Assembly: GCF_009914755.1 (NCBI RefSeq)
Contig: NC_060945.1
Reading direction: 5' to 3' (one strand)
Source of the DNA: the human T2T-CHM13v2.0 reference genome, Homo sapiens
DNA length: 64,000 nucleotides
The notes under the pieces are model-generated. The model was not told the origin of the DNA and ran no database searches. It saw only the letters and a list, made by a program, of their open reading frames with translations. Shown piece after piece: positions 14,659-33,104 of this stretch; position 1 is the first letter of the stretch, and each line of letters begins with the position of its first letter. Both the position numbers and the translations under genes were made by a program.

Positions 14659-16322
14659 TGTCTTAGTAGCCTAGACAACTGCCTTGTCTAGGGAGATGGC
14701 AGCAGAGATGAAGAGACATAAATTAAGTCAGTATATATTTTTAAAATAGGAGGACTATTTAGTGGATTGTATGGAGTAGTGGATGAGAAAAAAGGGGGAA
14801 TCAAAATTGTGAATTTATTAATAGCTAACTATTTATTTGACTGCATCCATTTTTCCTCTCATTCTACCTCCAATTTCTTCTCTTTGTACCTCAGACTCAT
14901 CTTCCTTCTTTGATGACAAGGGCTCTAAAGTGAGTCACCTAAACTGCAGTCTGAGGAGGAGTCAAGGGTACTGCAAATGTGAGAGCCAGATTCAGATACT
15001 GGCATGTGGAACAAGTTGAAGAATGGCTAATCTGACGTTCTGTATTTATCCAGAAATTTTAACTAGGCTCCATGAGTAAGGCTTTGAGGGCACAGTTCAG
15101 GGCTTAGCTGATTCCCCCCAAATGAGCTCTACTACCAGAAATTCCCTGGTAGAGATTATTTATTCTCCAGCTTTAGGGCTTTTATTAGATGAAATGTCTT
15201 ACTTCATGCTTTAATTTTATGGTTCTATTTTTAACAATTTCCTGAACAGTACATTCTACCATGTCTCAAAATAAACAATTTGTTATATTTTTATAAATCT
15301 GGACAAAGTCTGCCTTGTTTATTAACGTGTTTTTAAAAAATTCAATAGATAACTATTAAGTCATTTACTTCTCAGTTAATTTATAGAAGACAGCATTTCC
15401 ATTAGTATCTTTTGAATAGGTAAGAGATGAAGGACAAAATACTTTAGACTTTTAAACTATGTTTATTTTATTTAAAATCATTGCTGTGAAAAAAAAACAA
15501 GACATTGACCTATTGAACATAGTGTATTATTTTTCCTTTTATGCAATCTTGGCATATTCTTCAATTCAAAATAAGAAACCCCAAAAGTATATAATACTTC
15601 TTTGGAAAAATATGCAAAGGCCAACACATACAAAGGACAATGCTAGCTACAGAAATGCGTCAAAGACTAATAATAATTGACAAAAATCCAGTATTTTAAC
15701 AATAATTAATACCAGGTAAATTGATACATCCTATTACAGTATGAAATTCTGCCATTTAATTTCAAGTAAGAACCCTTATTTCCATTCTAGTACCTGCTGT
15801 CTTATGCATGTTTAACACAACAACAACAATAATATAAGTAGTTAGCATATATTAAAGCATTAACGAACACCAAGCATTGTTAAATATATTACATGTATTT
15901 TTGCTTAATTTTCACAACATTACTAATGGTTAAATATTATTACCACATTTTGTAGGGCAAAAAACTGAGGCTTAGAAACATTGAAAAAAACTTGCTCAAC
16001 GTTGCAAAACAAGAAATTTGTGACACTGGAATTGACATCTACAAGGGACTGATGTAACTAATTGCTGGATACATGTCCCTCAAAGACACAGAAACAGATC
16101 TTGTATTCTAGTGGATCTCCGGCACCCAGTGAGGGCCTGAAACAGAGTACATGTCCAACAAATAATTATTGAAGTAAAGATTGACATTTCAGGAGCAGAG
16201 ATTAATATTCAAAAACAAAGATGAGAATTTTGGCAGAAAAGTCAAAATGAGGTAAAAGTACATTTCCACCTTAACTTTTTTTAATTTGCTTAGCTGACAT
16301 AAGGAAGAGTTTATAATTTGTT

Positions 16323-19513
<3,191 letters not shown>

Positions 19514-21357
19514 TGAACTAGTGTTTCCAATTTAAAATGTGGTTTTCTATCTGGCTCCAACACTACATTTCTTCATAAGCTTCTGCACATTATTTAATGT
19601 TAAATATTTGGATTGGAGGTTGTGTTGAAGCATGTTTTACAATTATCTTGGACTTTTAAGTGGCAAAACTATTAATGCCATTTCTTTCTTTGCAAGGCAA
19701 AGTCATGTTTTTCTTATGCTACTCGCTGTTCAAATCTATGATGACTGATTGCTTCCGGAACTCTTCTTATATACATCAGTCATTTTAAGTAGACACATTT
19801 TTATCAGTATATCAAAATACCATGCAATCTAACCTAGTTTTGTCACCCCAACCATATTAGTGATGGAAAACTGGAAAACGTTCTATTCGTTTTTCTGTCA
19901 TATGTCTTAACAAGCTGCAGTCTTAGAGACATGCTAAAACTAGAATATCGAATTTAACCTGCTAGTGACTTTTTTTGAAAGAAGTTATTCTTCAAAGGCA
20001 TACTACTTTAATATAAGATGTATTTTGGGAAGAAGTTTTAGGAAAATAGAAATGACATTTTTAGAACCCATTCTGTATTACTTTCCATAAAGCAGTCATG
20101 ACAAATATTTAATTTACCTTTTACAATATTTTTAGAGATGAAAAAGGGAGAGAGGTAAAGTGAATCCCCAGGGATAATACAACTAGGAAATGACAGAATC
20201 AAGATTTAATTCCAGGGTCCATGTTTGTCTACAGAAATGTCTTTGCCCCTTACAGTGGTTCAGCCTTAAATCTGTCCTGTGAATTCTCTGGACCTTCAAT
20301 ACTTCAGCTGTTAGAAAATTGGACTGGCTGGCTGATTTCCAAAGACTCTCTTGTAATAAAAAATCTGTTTAACATGATCAATAATATACCAAATTAGGGA
20401 GAATCATGCTAAGTATTTCTTAAATTCTTTTTTTCCTTTCCATAGGTTATATTATGTTGAAAATTAGACACAAAGCTTCTTCTAAGACTAATAATATGCT
20501 GCAATATTTATTTTGGAAATGAAAGCTTATGATTAATTTAATAGCTAATATTTTTCCCAAACATTGAGTCTTGGTAGTAAATAAATTCATCATACTTATA
20601 ATTTTCAGCCCAATTTTGAAAGCCAGTCAGATTTGAGTAGTTTACTGTCTATGATTTAAACTTTACAAATTATTATTTGATTATTTACTATATTAATTAT
20701 GAAGTGTGATAGTGGTATAAACACCTATTAAGAAACTGTATTGTTAAATTTCTGAATCTTTGAACTGTTCTCTTATTTTCAGAGTTGACACAGAACTCAA
20801 ACAACTGAACCGCTTAAATCAAGATTGTTGAACATTAACTAAAAGAATCTCTTCACAGTATAAATTTTCCCATAAAACTATTTCCAGTGTTATACTTGTT
20901 TTGTCCTACACTGCTAATTATACTTCTAAATTAATCTAAACACCATCAGAGTACCACAAGGCTGTACAGAATGGGAGTATTCTGGATTAGAAAACAGGAG
21001 ATTCATATTTTATCTCAGGCTTCTTTAATTAGTCTTAATCCGAGGTATGTTTGTAGGATCCAGAGGTCTATGAAGTCCTGAATTTATGTTCACAATTTTG
21101 ATTATATGTTCATTTTTCTATGAAAATCACCTTTACATTTCACCAGATTATCAAATAGACCCATAACTCAAAAGGTTTGTAAACACTGCACTAACTTTTC
21201 GTCAAGATGTCGCACATTTCTTATCCCTGACTTCTTTTCATAATTTAAACTAAATGATTTGAAAGGTAAATTCTAAGTTTAATTTTTTGATTGCTCTAAG
21301 AACATAACTGTTGATATTATATCTCACAAAGGAGATCGCTATTCATTGCATGAAGTA

Positions 21358-22302
21358 TCACGGAGCAGTTTTCCCAAGACTGAAATACTGAATATTCAGT
21401 TTCTTCTTCATTGCTGTCTTCACTTCCTGGTTTCTCAAAGTATAGATAAGTGGATTCAGAAAGGGAGTGAAGATGGTATAGAAAACAGAGAGAATTTTGT
21501 CTACCAGGAAGTTTGTGGAAGGCCACACATAAATGAAAATACAGGGCCCAAAGAACATTAACACAACAATAAAATGTGCTGTACAGGTAGAAAGAGCCTT
21601 GGAGGATCCTGTGGAGGAGTAGTCCCTGATAGTATTAAGAACAATGATGTAGGAGGTGAGCAAAAGCAGAAAACTTGTAAGAGCAGTCACACCACTGGTT
21701 GAAATCATGGAGGTCCCAAGAACATAAATATCTATACAAGCTAACTGGATGACCAAAGGAAGATCACAGAAAAAACTGTCTACAACATTGGGAACACAGA
21801 AGGGCAAATAGAGGGAAAAACTAATTGGCTCATTGTATGTAGAAAGCCCACTGTCCAACAAGAAACTGCCACAAGCTCAACACACACTCTTTGGCTCATA
21901 ATTGTTGAATAGCGGAGAGGTTTACATATGGCAATATACCTGTCAAAAGACATGGAGATCAGCAGCACAATCTCAGTCCCATTGAAGAGGTGTAAAAAAA
22001 AGATCTGAGAAATGCAGCCTTCAAAAGAGATGGTCTTACGCAGAGCAAAAAAGTCCATAATCATCTTTGGTGTGGCAAAGGAGGACAGGCACATGTCAAT
22101 GAGACAGGTTGCTGAGCAGGAAGTACGTGCGAGAGTGAAGGTGTGAGGTGGATAGGACAGTGAGTAAAATCAGGCAGTTGCCCAACATGGTCATTAAATA
22201 GAAGACAGAAAACACCACAAAAAAGAATATCTGGAGTTCAGGAGAATCAGTAAGTCCAAGTAACATGAATTCAGATACTCTGGAATAGTTAAACCCCTCC
22301 AT
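21358..22302 (-). pseudogene. OR4K12P: Olfactory receptor family 4 subfamily K pseudogene with two frameshifts
   Basis: Three ORF pieces carry OR motifs (VSEFMLLGL, GNCLI, SFDRYIAICKPLRY, SFFCDLP, KALSTC, PFLNPLIYTLRN). 2-bp loss near 22100 and 1-bp loss near 21815. The OR4 pseudogene call is secure; the exact symbol is from memory of the POTED neighbourhood. Confidence 0.8.
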
Positions 22303-23742
22303 TCATCTGCAGACTCGGCTTTATAATTGTAAAAGGAACAAAATTACAGAGTTTGAAAATGTGATATTTCTACAACCACATATTAACTTATCATTCGCTT
22401 AAAGATTGATTACTAGATTCCAATGAAAAATTCTCAGGGTAAACGTTTTTGGGGGGACTCACTTAACAGTTGCTACCAGATATAATCTGAAAAGTTTAAC
22501 CTCTTGGTTTTGACCAGCATCAGCACACGTTGAGCTGTAGTCATCACATGCCCATACAATTATACACCTATCTGAATACTACTTAACGAGTTATGTAATA
22601 CACATTTATTGAGGCAGATTACATTACATTTGTGTGCTCTACTGAATAAGGCAGGTAAATAAAACTAAAAATAAAATAAGTGTTGAACTCTCAAAGGTTT
22701 CTCTTACACACAAAAATGTGAATATTTTGAATCAACTATTGTTAAACACTAGACTTAACTAAGACTTTAATGATTTCAGAAGATCCATTTAATATCTTAT
22801 GAGGGTGATAAATTATTTAATTTTTAATTTCTTAATTCCATAAGACAACTGATAACCAAAAGGCATTCTTGTAACCTACAAGAGTTATTCTCCACTTTTG
22901 GTAATTTATTATTTCATAGAAACATGTTTTAAAAAGAGAATCTCCCTCCTTTAATTCTCTTCATTCTACCCAAAGCTATATTTTAAACTAGAAAAAACAA
23001 ACAAAAAAGATACATTAAGAACTCAGAATTATTTTTCAAAATTACTTTTTTCATTTACAGTGCTTCCCAAGTTCTAGAAATTTTATTTCCTATGGAATAT
23101 CAATGTCTTTACCAAACAGTCAAAAGTGTGGTACAAAACAAGTGAAACTTAGTCCTAGTAAATGAAAGCTAATTTTGTGACCAGGTAGGGTTTACTTTGC
23201 CAGCCACCTAATGAAATTTAAGCCTTTGACTACAGAAATTTTAGCTGAGTAACTGGAAATTTGTCCGGGTTGCTGGAAAATTTGATGAGACCAAAATTAA
23301 TTAAGTAAAAAAATATAGTGTTACATCAGGCATTTATAAGTCTATATGCATCTAAATCATTTTTTTAGTTAAATTGCTTTTTCCACATGTAAAACTACAT
23401 GAATTCCCTTGTTATATTACACATTTGAATATTTCACTTTATATATTTGAATATTTATCTAGTTTTGATAATAATTTAATTATAATAGATAATGCAATTT
23501 TATCTAATCCTGTATTCTAACTTACCGTCTTTGAAAATGCAATATTTCATTCCTTCTTCAATAAAAGTTTTCAAGGTACACTAAAAAAGATTTCATTATG
23601 TCAGTGAAACGTGGTGGACGAATGTCAAAAATTTTAAAATATCAATATACTAATATTTAAGTTATAGTCAATATGCTTAGAAAAGAATAAAATCATTGTT
23701 ATAAACTCAAAGAATGAACAAATGGAAAAAGACTCAAAAATG

Positions 23743-24053
23743 GGCCGGGCACAGTGGCTCATGCCTGTAATGCTAGCATTGTGGGAGGCTGAGGCAGCGG
23801 ATGGCTTGAGCGCAGGAGTTTAAGACCAGCCTGGCCACCATGGCGAAACCCTGTCTCTACTAAAAATACAGAAATTTACCAAGCATAGTGGCACACACCT
23901 GTAATCCCACACCGGCTTCTCCGGTGGCTAAGGCAGGGGAATCCTTTGAACCTGGGAGGCGGAGGCAGAGGCTACAGTGAGCCAAGAACATGCCACTGCA
24001 CGCCGGCTTGAGCACTAAGTGAGTACCTGTCTCAAAAAAAAAAAAAAAAAAAA
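23743..24053 (+). mobile_element. Alu (older, J/S)
   Basis: Diverged dimeric Alu with poly(A). Confidence 0.9.
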
Positions 24054-24741
24054 GAAAAGAACTATTTGACTTTTATTTTCTTCATTATCTTCCATTAATT
24101 TATTCCCAATGATCCTTCCAAAAATTCTTGAAAATAAATAATAATAAAGAAAATCTTGCATTATGAATGCCTGAGACTACTGACTATTGAAATTTTAGAT
24201 TGTAGATCAATACACATATAGATTTAACTGTCTGACAGTGCCAATGTATCAATTCAGTGAAAAAATAAGTTTTATGATTATGTGCCCCCTTTTTTCTGAA
24301 TTAACTGATTCGCTGATTAAATTTGCAGATAAGCTGATTGCTTTTAGTTAAAAGTAGTAGCATGGTTTCTAGTCTAAAGAAAAAGTCTTATCTGATTTGC
24401 AGTAAAAGCTAAAACAAGTGTTCCAAAACAATTTTGGCTTCTTTTTTGGATAACTATCACAAATTTTACATTGACTACACATTCTGACTTTAGAATAGAA
24501 GGATTATACCAATTGTTCTGTTGCAGCAACTTTCAGAGTCCAGTTAGAAGTGGAAAAATAAAAATGGGAAAAAATCTGATTCATTTTTAAAAATTTTAAT
24601 TTGTTTTTAATTGTTGCTGTGCAGAAGCAAATGTACTGGAAATGAATTGTACTCAGTTAATTATAATTTACCTTACTATTCCATCCTTAACTCATTCTGT
24701 GATTGAACACTAAATATCAAAATTTTAAATATTACTTTCAC

Positions 24742-25551
<810 letters not shown>

Positions 25552-27383
25552 TTAAGAGTAGTTACGGTATTCTTGACTTCACTTATGTCTCAGTAGCCTA
25601 AGATTTGACCTCTACTTGTGAGAATTATATTAGATGGTCTATGTAAAGCTTGAAGCATATTTTCTGGGCAAAATTTAAGGAATTTTCTAGGTTTGAAAAT
25701 CCAAATTTAACAATGCTGTTCAGAAATAGTGTGTTTTATTATTAATAACATATGCAATAAAAATTCTAATCTATTTAATTTCAGGGATTTAGAAAAAGAC
25801 CATGTACTACCAAAATAATTTCATCTGTTTGAAATTGCATTTTTCATATCAAAATGGCACAAGTTCCTTTTATATTAAATGCATTGAAAACCCTCAGCTT
25901 CACACATTTGAATATTTCTATTTTACTGACAATTTATTTACTATTGGGAACTACTCATATTGATTTAAACATACACATAAGTTTATATTTATATTTTTTT
26001 CTCCTTTTCATCACCAGAAAGAATGTTTTAGTTCCTATTTAATGGAACCATCCATTTTTATGTCTTTAAGTCATATATAATTTTTTCTTTGCTATTCCTC
26101 CATTGTTTCTGTTTTATATAATTATTAAATAAATGTCAATTGTTTTGCTATCTGAAGAATGCAAACCACAACTGCTTCTGAAGACCCTATCATATCTAGC
26201 TTTTAACCTACCAGTTATGCACCTAGCGTCAAAAACACCATTTCCTCCGAGATTCACAAGCCTACTGAAATCACCATAGTTCTTTAGTAAGCATCAGAAG
26301 CCTGGAGTATGGATGTATATTTTTCTCCTGTCTTTATTATAAAACCCCTTAGAAAGCAGTGACATTTACTAGATCAGGGATTAAACACTATAATCTACTT
26401 GCAGTGGGAGTCATTAAAATGTTGACCCAACTCTTCACAGAGTTGCAACAAGAACTGTGAAGTGTGTCTTTGCTATTTAAAGTGGGAATGCACTCCTGTG
26501 ATGTAGCAATGTTCATTGGAGAAAAGCACAACTGGGACTGGCCTAGGAGAAGAAAACATTGAAGCAGTCATTTGCAGAGCATATGGGGAACAAAAATTAC
26601 TCCTTTAGTTATGGAAATATTCCCATATTTATGCCCCAGTTTGCAAAGTCCAACAATTGGAAAATTATTCTTTTAGGCTAAGGCAATTTGTCTGCAGCAA
26701 ATACTTGCTTACTGGAAGTTGCGTATTAAAGGAAGTATCATGCATTAAAGTTTCTGACAATACATTAAAAAATTAGCGCAAACTAATACTGATAGCTGTT
26801 TCGAGGGATAGGTGAATCATAGAAAGGGGGACGTTGGAAAGTCCAACATAGCCAGGAGGAGAGAAGAGAGGTAGTATGTAGTACCTTAGATGAATAGTGT
26901 AAAAATTAAATTATAAAAATAAACTTTAAACATTCAGTTCAATGCTTACTACAAGGAAAGTACTTAATAAAATATAGTAGAAATAATAGCAGGGATGTTT
27001 ATAATAATTATCATTATTTTTGAAGTGTTCATAATGGATTATCCAGGAAGATACAGATGTGGATTCACAACCCAAAACCATAAGCCAAGGGTCTTGCCAT
27101 ATTTACCTGCAGGTCAATCATTTATCTGTGGCTTGCTCTCTAAGCACGACTTGTTTCCCAAATACCTGAAAGACTGAACTCTTCACAACTGTCATATCCA
27201 TCGTACATTCCCCACAGGTCTGGCAATAGACCCCAAGAAAATCTTCCCTAGCTGACCACATTTCTAGCACTCTTTGAAATAAGGAAGCACGTTTAGTTTT
27301 AAGATGTTTTTCCTTCTACGAAGAAAAAGGAAATGATTTTTTAAAAACTTAACAAAACTGGTATAAAGATTTAATAGTTTTCT

Positions 27384-27691
27384 AGTTGTCCCTTGGTATC
27401 CATAGAAGATTGGTTCCAGGACCCTCGCTGATACCAAAATCCATGGATGTTCAAATCCCTGAGTTAAAATGGCATGATATTTGTATACAATCTAAACACA
27501 TCCTCCCATATACTTTAAATCATCTTAGATTACTTATGATGCCTAATACAATATAAATGCTATGTAACTAGTTGTTATACGGTATCACTTTCTGAATTTG
27601 TATTATTTGTATTGTTTTTTATTAATATTTTGGATCCGCTATTGGTTGAATCCAAGAATATGGAACCCACAGAAAAAGAGGTCTAGCTGTA
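27384..27691. mobile_element. MER2 (Tigger) DNA transposon
   Basis: agttgtcccttggtatcc...gattggttccaggaccc...ttggttgaatcc...ctgta. Confidence 0.8.
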
Positions 27692-28122
27692 AATCTAAAA
27701 TATGTATCCAATTGTAAAACAAAAAATAAGGATATATAGTAATTATTAGAGTAATCCTGGAAAACTGTATAAATCCTGGAAAACAGGTATAATTATTATT
27801 AGAGTAATACTGGAAAAGGCAAGAGAATAAACAGAAAAATAATAGAAATAAAAATAATTCAAAAAAAATAATTCAGAAAGAGAGCATGAAGGAGTTTTTT
27901 GGTATTAGTAACCTGTTGTATATCTTGGTTGTGGTGCTGATTACATAATATATATGTATGCTAAAATTAATGGATTGTTTACCAGAACAAAGAAAAGGTC
28001 CATTTTACTTTAAGATAATTTTATAAAGTAGAATTTTAAAAAGTAAACCCAGATAATTCAGTACAAGGGCAAATTTCAAAATGAGAAAATAAATTCAATA
28101 ACCTTCTTATAAATTATTCAAC

Positions 28123-28262
28123 AATATATTGAACTTAAATATATTGAACTTAAATATATTTAATTGTTAAATATATTGAACTTAAATATATTTAATTGTT
28201 AAATAAATATATTTAACATTATATTAAATATGTAATATATTAAAATGTAATATGTTAAAATG
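28123..28262. repeat. AT-rich short tandem repeat (about 15-16 bp unit AATATATTGAACTTA)
   Basis: Directly visible repeated units. Confidence 0.75.
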
Positions 28263-28609
28263 TAGCCAAAAAGAACCTATTCAAATGAACAATAGGCTAT
28301 ATAAAGTAAATAGGAATAATCTTAAACAGAAATGTGTTGTTTATAAATGACAAAAGCTATACTATTCTAAAAAAAGAAAAAAGTTGACAAATACATTTAA
28401 ATACTTATTATGGTATTGGAGAAAAATGCAACATCGTTCAACACATACATTTTCCCTCCTATAAAATGAAATTCAATAAACCATGAGATATTTTTGAGTT
28501 CACAAAATAATTTTCAAAATTTGTCTGAAGGCAAATCAGATTAAAGTAGTCAAGAATTAGAAATATTATTTCGTTTGTTTGCTTTATGTTTTGGTTTTTA
28601 GCTAACTTA

Positions 28610-30288
28610 AGCTTTTTTTATTCGTACAAATTTATGGGATACGTGTGGAATTTTGTTACATGTATGTAATGCATAGTGATTAAGTCAGGATATTTAGGGT
28701 GTTCGTCACTCCAGTACAATACTTTTTAAAGTATAGTTATCCTACTCTGCTATCAAACATTCAATTTATTCCTCCTATCTTATCCTTTAGTGCACTTCTC
28801 TTTATTCTTTCCCCTGCCCTTTCCACTCACTCTTCCCAGTCTCTGTGATCTATTTTTCCACTTTCTACCTCCACGTGATGAAATTTTTTTAGCTCCTGCA
28901 TATAAGTGAGAACATGGGATAGTTACCATTTTGTGCCTGGTTTATTTCACACCAGTTTTATCCATGTTGCTGCAAATGACATTATTTCATTCTTTTTTAT
29001 GGCTGTGAATAATATTCCATTGTGTATATACACCACATTTTTTGTTGGTTTGTTTTGTTTTCTGTTTTATTTTTTCATGATTTTTATTGGAGGATATCAT
29101 CATGAAATATTCTGTATTTTGTATGTTACTGGCTTGATAATAGATCATGCTCGGGAATTATTTCAGAGCTTCATCACCTCTTCCAAGCACCACTTGGGAC
29201 CTGAGTACCCCAAACATTGCTGGGTACACCTGCACATCATGCTACTGCCCCTGCGCACCAGCACATCCCTGGCTGCTGAGCCGTCCACCTTGCCATCTTC
29301 ACTGGTCAACAGTTCTGCATGCAGTTTGAAGAGCTTTGCAAAATCCCTCACCAACTTCACAAACCCTGAGTCTTTTTACTATCACCTTCATAAGCCCAAA
29401 ACCCCACTTAGGTTGGTCTCATATCTTTGCATTGTGAAAAGTACTGCAATAAACATGCGAGTGCAGGTATCCCCTTGGTATATTGATTTTTTTCCCCTTT
29501 GAGCAAATACCCAGTAGTAAAATTGCTGTTTCCAATGGTGATTCTATTTTTACTTTTGTGAGGAATCGCCATAATGTTGTCTACAGTTGCTATACTGGTT
29601 TACATTCCCACCAACAGTGTAGAAGAGTTCCTTTTTCAATCTGTTATATTTTGTTTTGCTTTGTTTTTGTTTTTGTTTTTAGGAATAGTCATTATGACTA
29701 GGGGAAAATAATATTTCATCGTGGTTTTGATTTGCATTTATATAATGATTAGTGATGTTGAGCATTTTTTCATATATCTTTTGGCCTTTTGTATGTCTTC
29801 TTTTGAGAAATGTCTATTTATATCCTTTGGCCACTTTCCAATGGAATTTTTTTTTCCTGTTGAGTTGTTTGGGTTTTTGGTAAATTCTAGGTATTAGCCC
29901 ACTATTAGATGAACAGTTTGCAAATATTTTCTTCCATTCAGGAGGTTGTCTCTTCACTCTGCTGATTATTTCTTCTGCTGCTCAGAAGCTTTCTAAGTTA
30001 ATTAAGTCCCATTTGTCTATTTTTATTTGTGTTGCTTGTGGCTTTTGAGGTGTTAGTCATAAATTCTTTGCCTAGACAAAAGGCCAGGAAATTTTTCCCT
30101 AGGTTTTCTTCAAGTATTTTTATAGTTTCAGGTCTTCTGTTTAAGTTTTTAATCTACTTTGAGTTGATTCTTGTATATAGTGAGATAGTGGTCCAGTTTC
30201 ATTTTTCTGGATGTGGCTATCCAATTTTCCCAGCACCATTTATTGAAGAGTGTGTCCTTTCCCCAGTGTCAGCTTTGTTGAAGATCAA
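28610..30288 (-). mobile_element. L1MA/PB 3' region, interrupted by a retrocopy
   Basis: Antisense L1 3' UTR and ORF2 end (ttacattcccaccaacagtgt, ttcccagcaccatttattgaa). Confidence 0.85.
29041..29405 (-). pseudogene. Probable 5'-truncated processed retrocopy of an unidentified mRNA, inserted in an L1
   Basis: Degenerate poly(T) at 29038-29075, minus-strand AATAAA at 29083-29088, and a GC-richer body with a frame ending ...WCLEEVMKL*. L1 3' UTR sequence resumes on both sides. Confidence 0.6.
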
Positions 30289-30501
30289 ATCTGCAAACAA
30301 ATTATAAAACTGTAATATCTAAGTAATATTGGAGAAGCACAGAAAACAACTGACAATATAAGGGACTTGAGAACAATGAATTATATATAGACCAAGTATA
30401 TATAAGACCTTACAATATTATAATGTGAATATGTTACCTGAATTGCCAAAAGGGACTTTGTAGATGGATTTAAGGTTGCTAATCAGCTTGCCTTCCAAAT
30501 G

Positions 30502-33092
30502 CTACCGGAGGTACAAAGAGGAGCTGGTACCATTCCTTCAGAAACTATTACAAACAATAGAAAAAGAGGGACTCCTCCCTAACTCATTTTATGAGGCCAA
30601 CATCATCCTGATACCAAAACCTGGCAGAGACACACATAAAAAAGAAAATTTCAGGCCAATATCCCTGATGAACATCAGTGCAAAAATCCTCAATAAAATA
30701 CTGGCAAACCAATTCCAGCAGCACATCAAAAAGCTTATCCACCATGATCAAGTTGGCTTCATCCCTGGGATGCAAGGCTGGTTCAACATACCCAATCAGT
30801 AAACATAATCCATCACATAAACAGAACCAATGACAAACATCACATGATTATCTCAATAGATGCAGAAAAGGCCTTCGATAAAATTCACCCCTTCATGCTA
30901 AAAACTCTAAATAAACTAGGTATTGATGGAACGTATCTGAAAATAATAAGAGCTATTTATGACACACCCACAGCCAATATCATACCGAATGGGCAAAAGC
31001 TGGAAGCATTCTGTTTGAAAACCAGCACAAGACAAGGATGCCCTTTCTCACCATTCTTATTCAACACAGCATTGGAAGTTCTGGCCAGGGCAATCAGGGA
31101 AGAGAAAGAAATAAAGCGTATTCAAATAGGAAGAGAGGGAGGTAAATTGTCAAAGTTTGCAGATGACATGATTGTATATTTAGAAAACCCCATCATCTTA
31201 GCCCAAAATCTCCTTAAGCTGATAAGCAACTTCAGCAGTCTCGGGATACAAAATCAATGTGCAAAAATTACAAACATTCCTATACACCATTAATAGATAA
31301 ACAGCCAAATCATGAGTGAACTCCCATTCACAATTGCTACAAAGAGAATAAAATACCTAGGAATACAACTAACAAGGGATATGAAGGACCTCTTCAAGGA
31401 GAATTACAAACCACTGCTCAAGGAAAAAGAGAGGACACAAACAAATGGAAAAACGTTCTGTGCTCATGGATAGGAAGAATCAATATCATGAAAATGGCCA
31501 TACTGCCCAAAGTAATTTACAGATTCAATGCTATCCCCATCAAGCTACCATTGACTTTCTTCACAGAATTAGAAAAAACAACTTTAAATTTCATATGGAA
31601 CCAAAAAAGAGCCTGTATAGCCAAGACAATCCTAAGCAAAAAGAACAAATCTGGAGGCATCACACTACCTGACTTCAAACTATACTACAAGGCCGCAGTA
31701 ACCAAAACAGCATGGTGCTGGTACCAAAACAGATATATAGACCAATGGAACAGAAAAGAGGCCTTAGAAATAATGCCACACATCTACAACCATCTGATCT
31801 TTAACAAGCCTGACAAAAGCAAGCAATGGGAAAAGGATTCCGTATTTAATAAATGATGTGAAAACTGGCTAGACATATGCAGAAAACTGAAACTGAACCC
31901 CTTCCTTACACCTTATACAAAATTAACTCAAGATGGATTAAAGGCTTAAATGGAAAACCTAAAACCATAAAAACCCTAGAAGAAAACCTAGGCAATACCA
32001 CTCAGGACATAGGCATTGGCAAAGACTTCATGACTAAAACACCAAAACCAATGGCAACAAAAGCCAAAATTGACAAATGGGATCTAATTAAACCAAAGAG
32101 CTTCTGCACAGAAAAAAAAAAAAAAACTCTCATCAGAGTGGACAGTCAACCTACAGAATGAGAGGAAATTTTTGCAATCTATCCATCTGACAAAGGGCTA
32201 ATATCTAGAATCTACAGGGAACTTAAACAAATTTACAAGAAAAAAACAACCCCATCAAAAAGTGAGCAAAGGATATGAACAGACACTTCTCAAAAGAAGA
32301 CATTTATGCAGCCAACAAACATATGAAAAAAAAGCTCATCATCACTGGTCATTAGAGAAATGCAAATCAAAACCACAATGAGATACCATCTCATGCCAGT
32401 TAGAATGGTGATCATTAAAAGGTGAGGAAACAACAGATGCTGGAGAGGATGTGGAGAAATAGGAACCCTTTTACACTGTTGGTGGGAGGGTAAATTAGTT
32501 CAACCATTGTGGAAGACAGTGTAGCGATTCCTCAAGGATGTAGAACCAGAAATACCATTTGACCCAGCAATCCCATTACTGGGTATATACCCAAAGAATT
32601 ATATATCATTCTACTATAAAGACACATGCACATGTATGTTTACTGCGGCACTGTTCACAATAGCAAAGACTTGGAACCAACCCAAATGCCCATCAATCAT
32701 AGACTGGATAAAGAAAATGGGTCACATATACATTATGGAATACTATGCAGCCATAAAAAAGGATGAGTTCATGTCATTTGCAGGGACATGGATGAAGCTA
32801 GAAACCATCATTCTCAGCAAACTAACACAGGAACAGAAAACCAAACACCACATGTTCTCACTCTTAAGTGGGAGTTGAACAATGAGAACACAGGGACACA
32901 GGGAGGGGAACATCCCACACGGGGGCCTGTCACAGGGTGGGGGGCTAGGGGAAGAATAGCATTAGGAGAAATACCTAGTGTAGGTGACAGGTTGATGGGT
33001 GCAGCAAACCACCATGGCACATATTTACCTATGTAACAAACCTGCATATTCTACACATGTATCCCAGAACTTAAAGTATAATTTTTAAAAAA
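30502..33092 (+). mobile_element. 5'-truncated L1PA (about PA7-8)
   Basis: Frameshifted ORF2 pieces at 30464-32161, then 3' UTR ending cttaaagtataat and an A tail. Confidence 0.92.
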
Positions 33093-33104
33093 GACTTCAC
33101 CAAT

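Noticed and set aside
28906-29502. 198-aa plus-strand ORF
   Set aside because: It is a chance read-through of antisense L1 3' UTR, a poly(T) tract and the antisense retrocopy, starting at a GTG.
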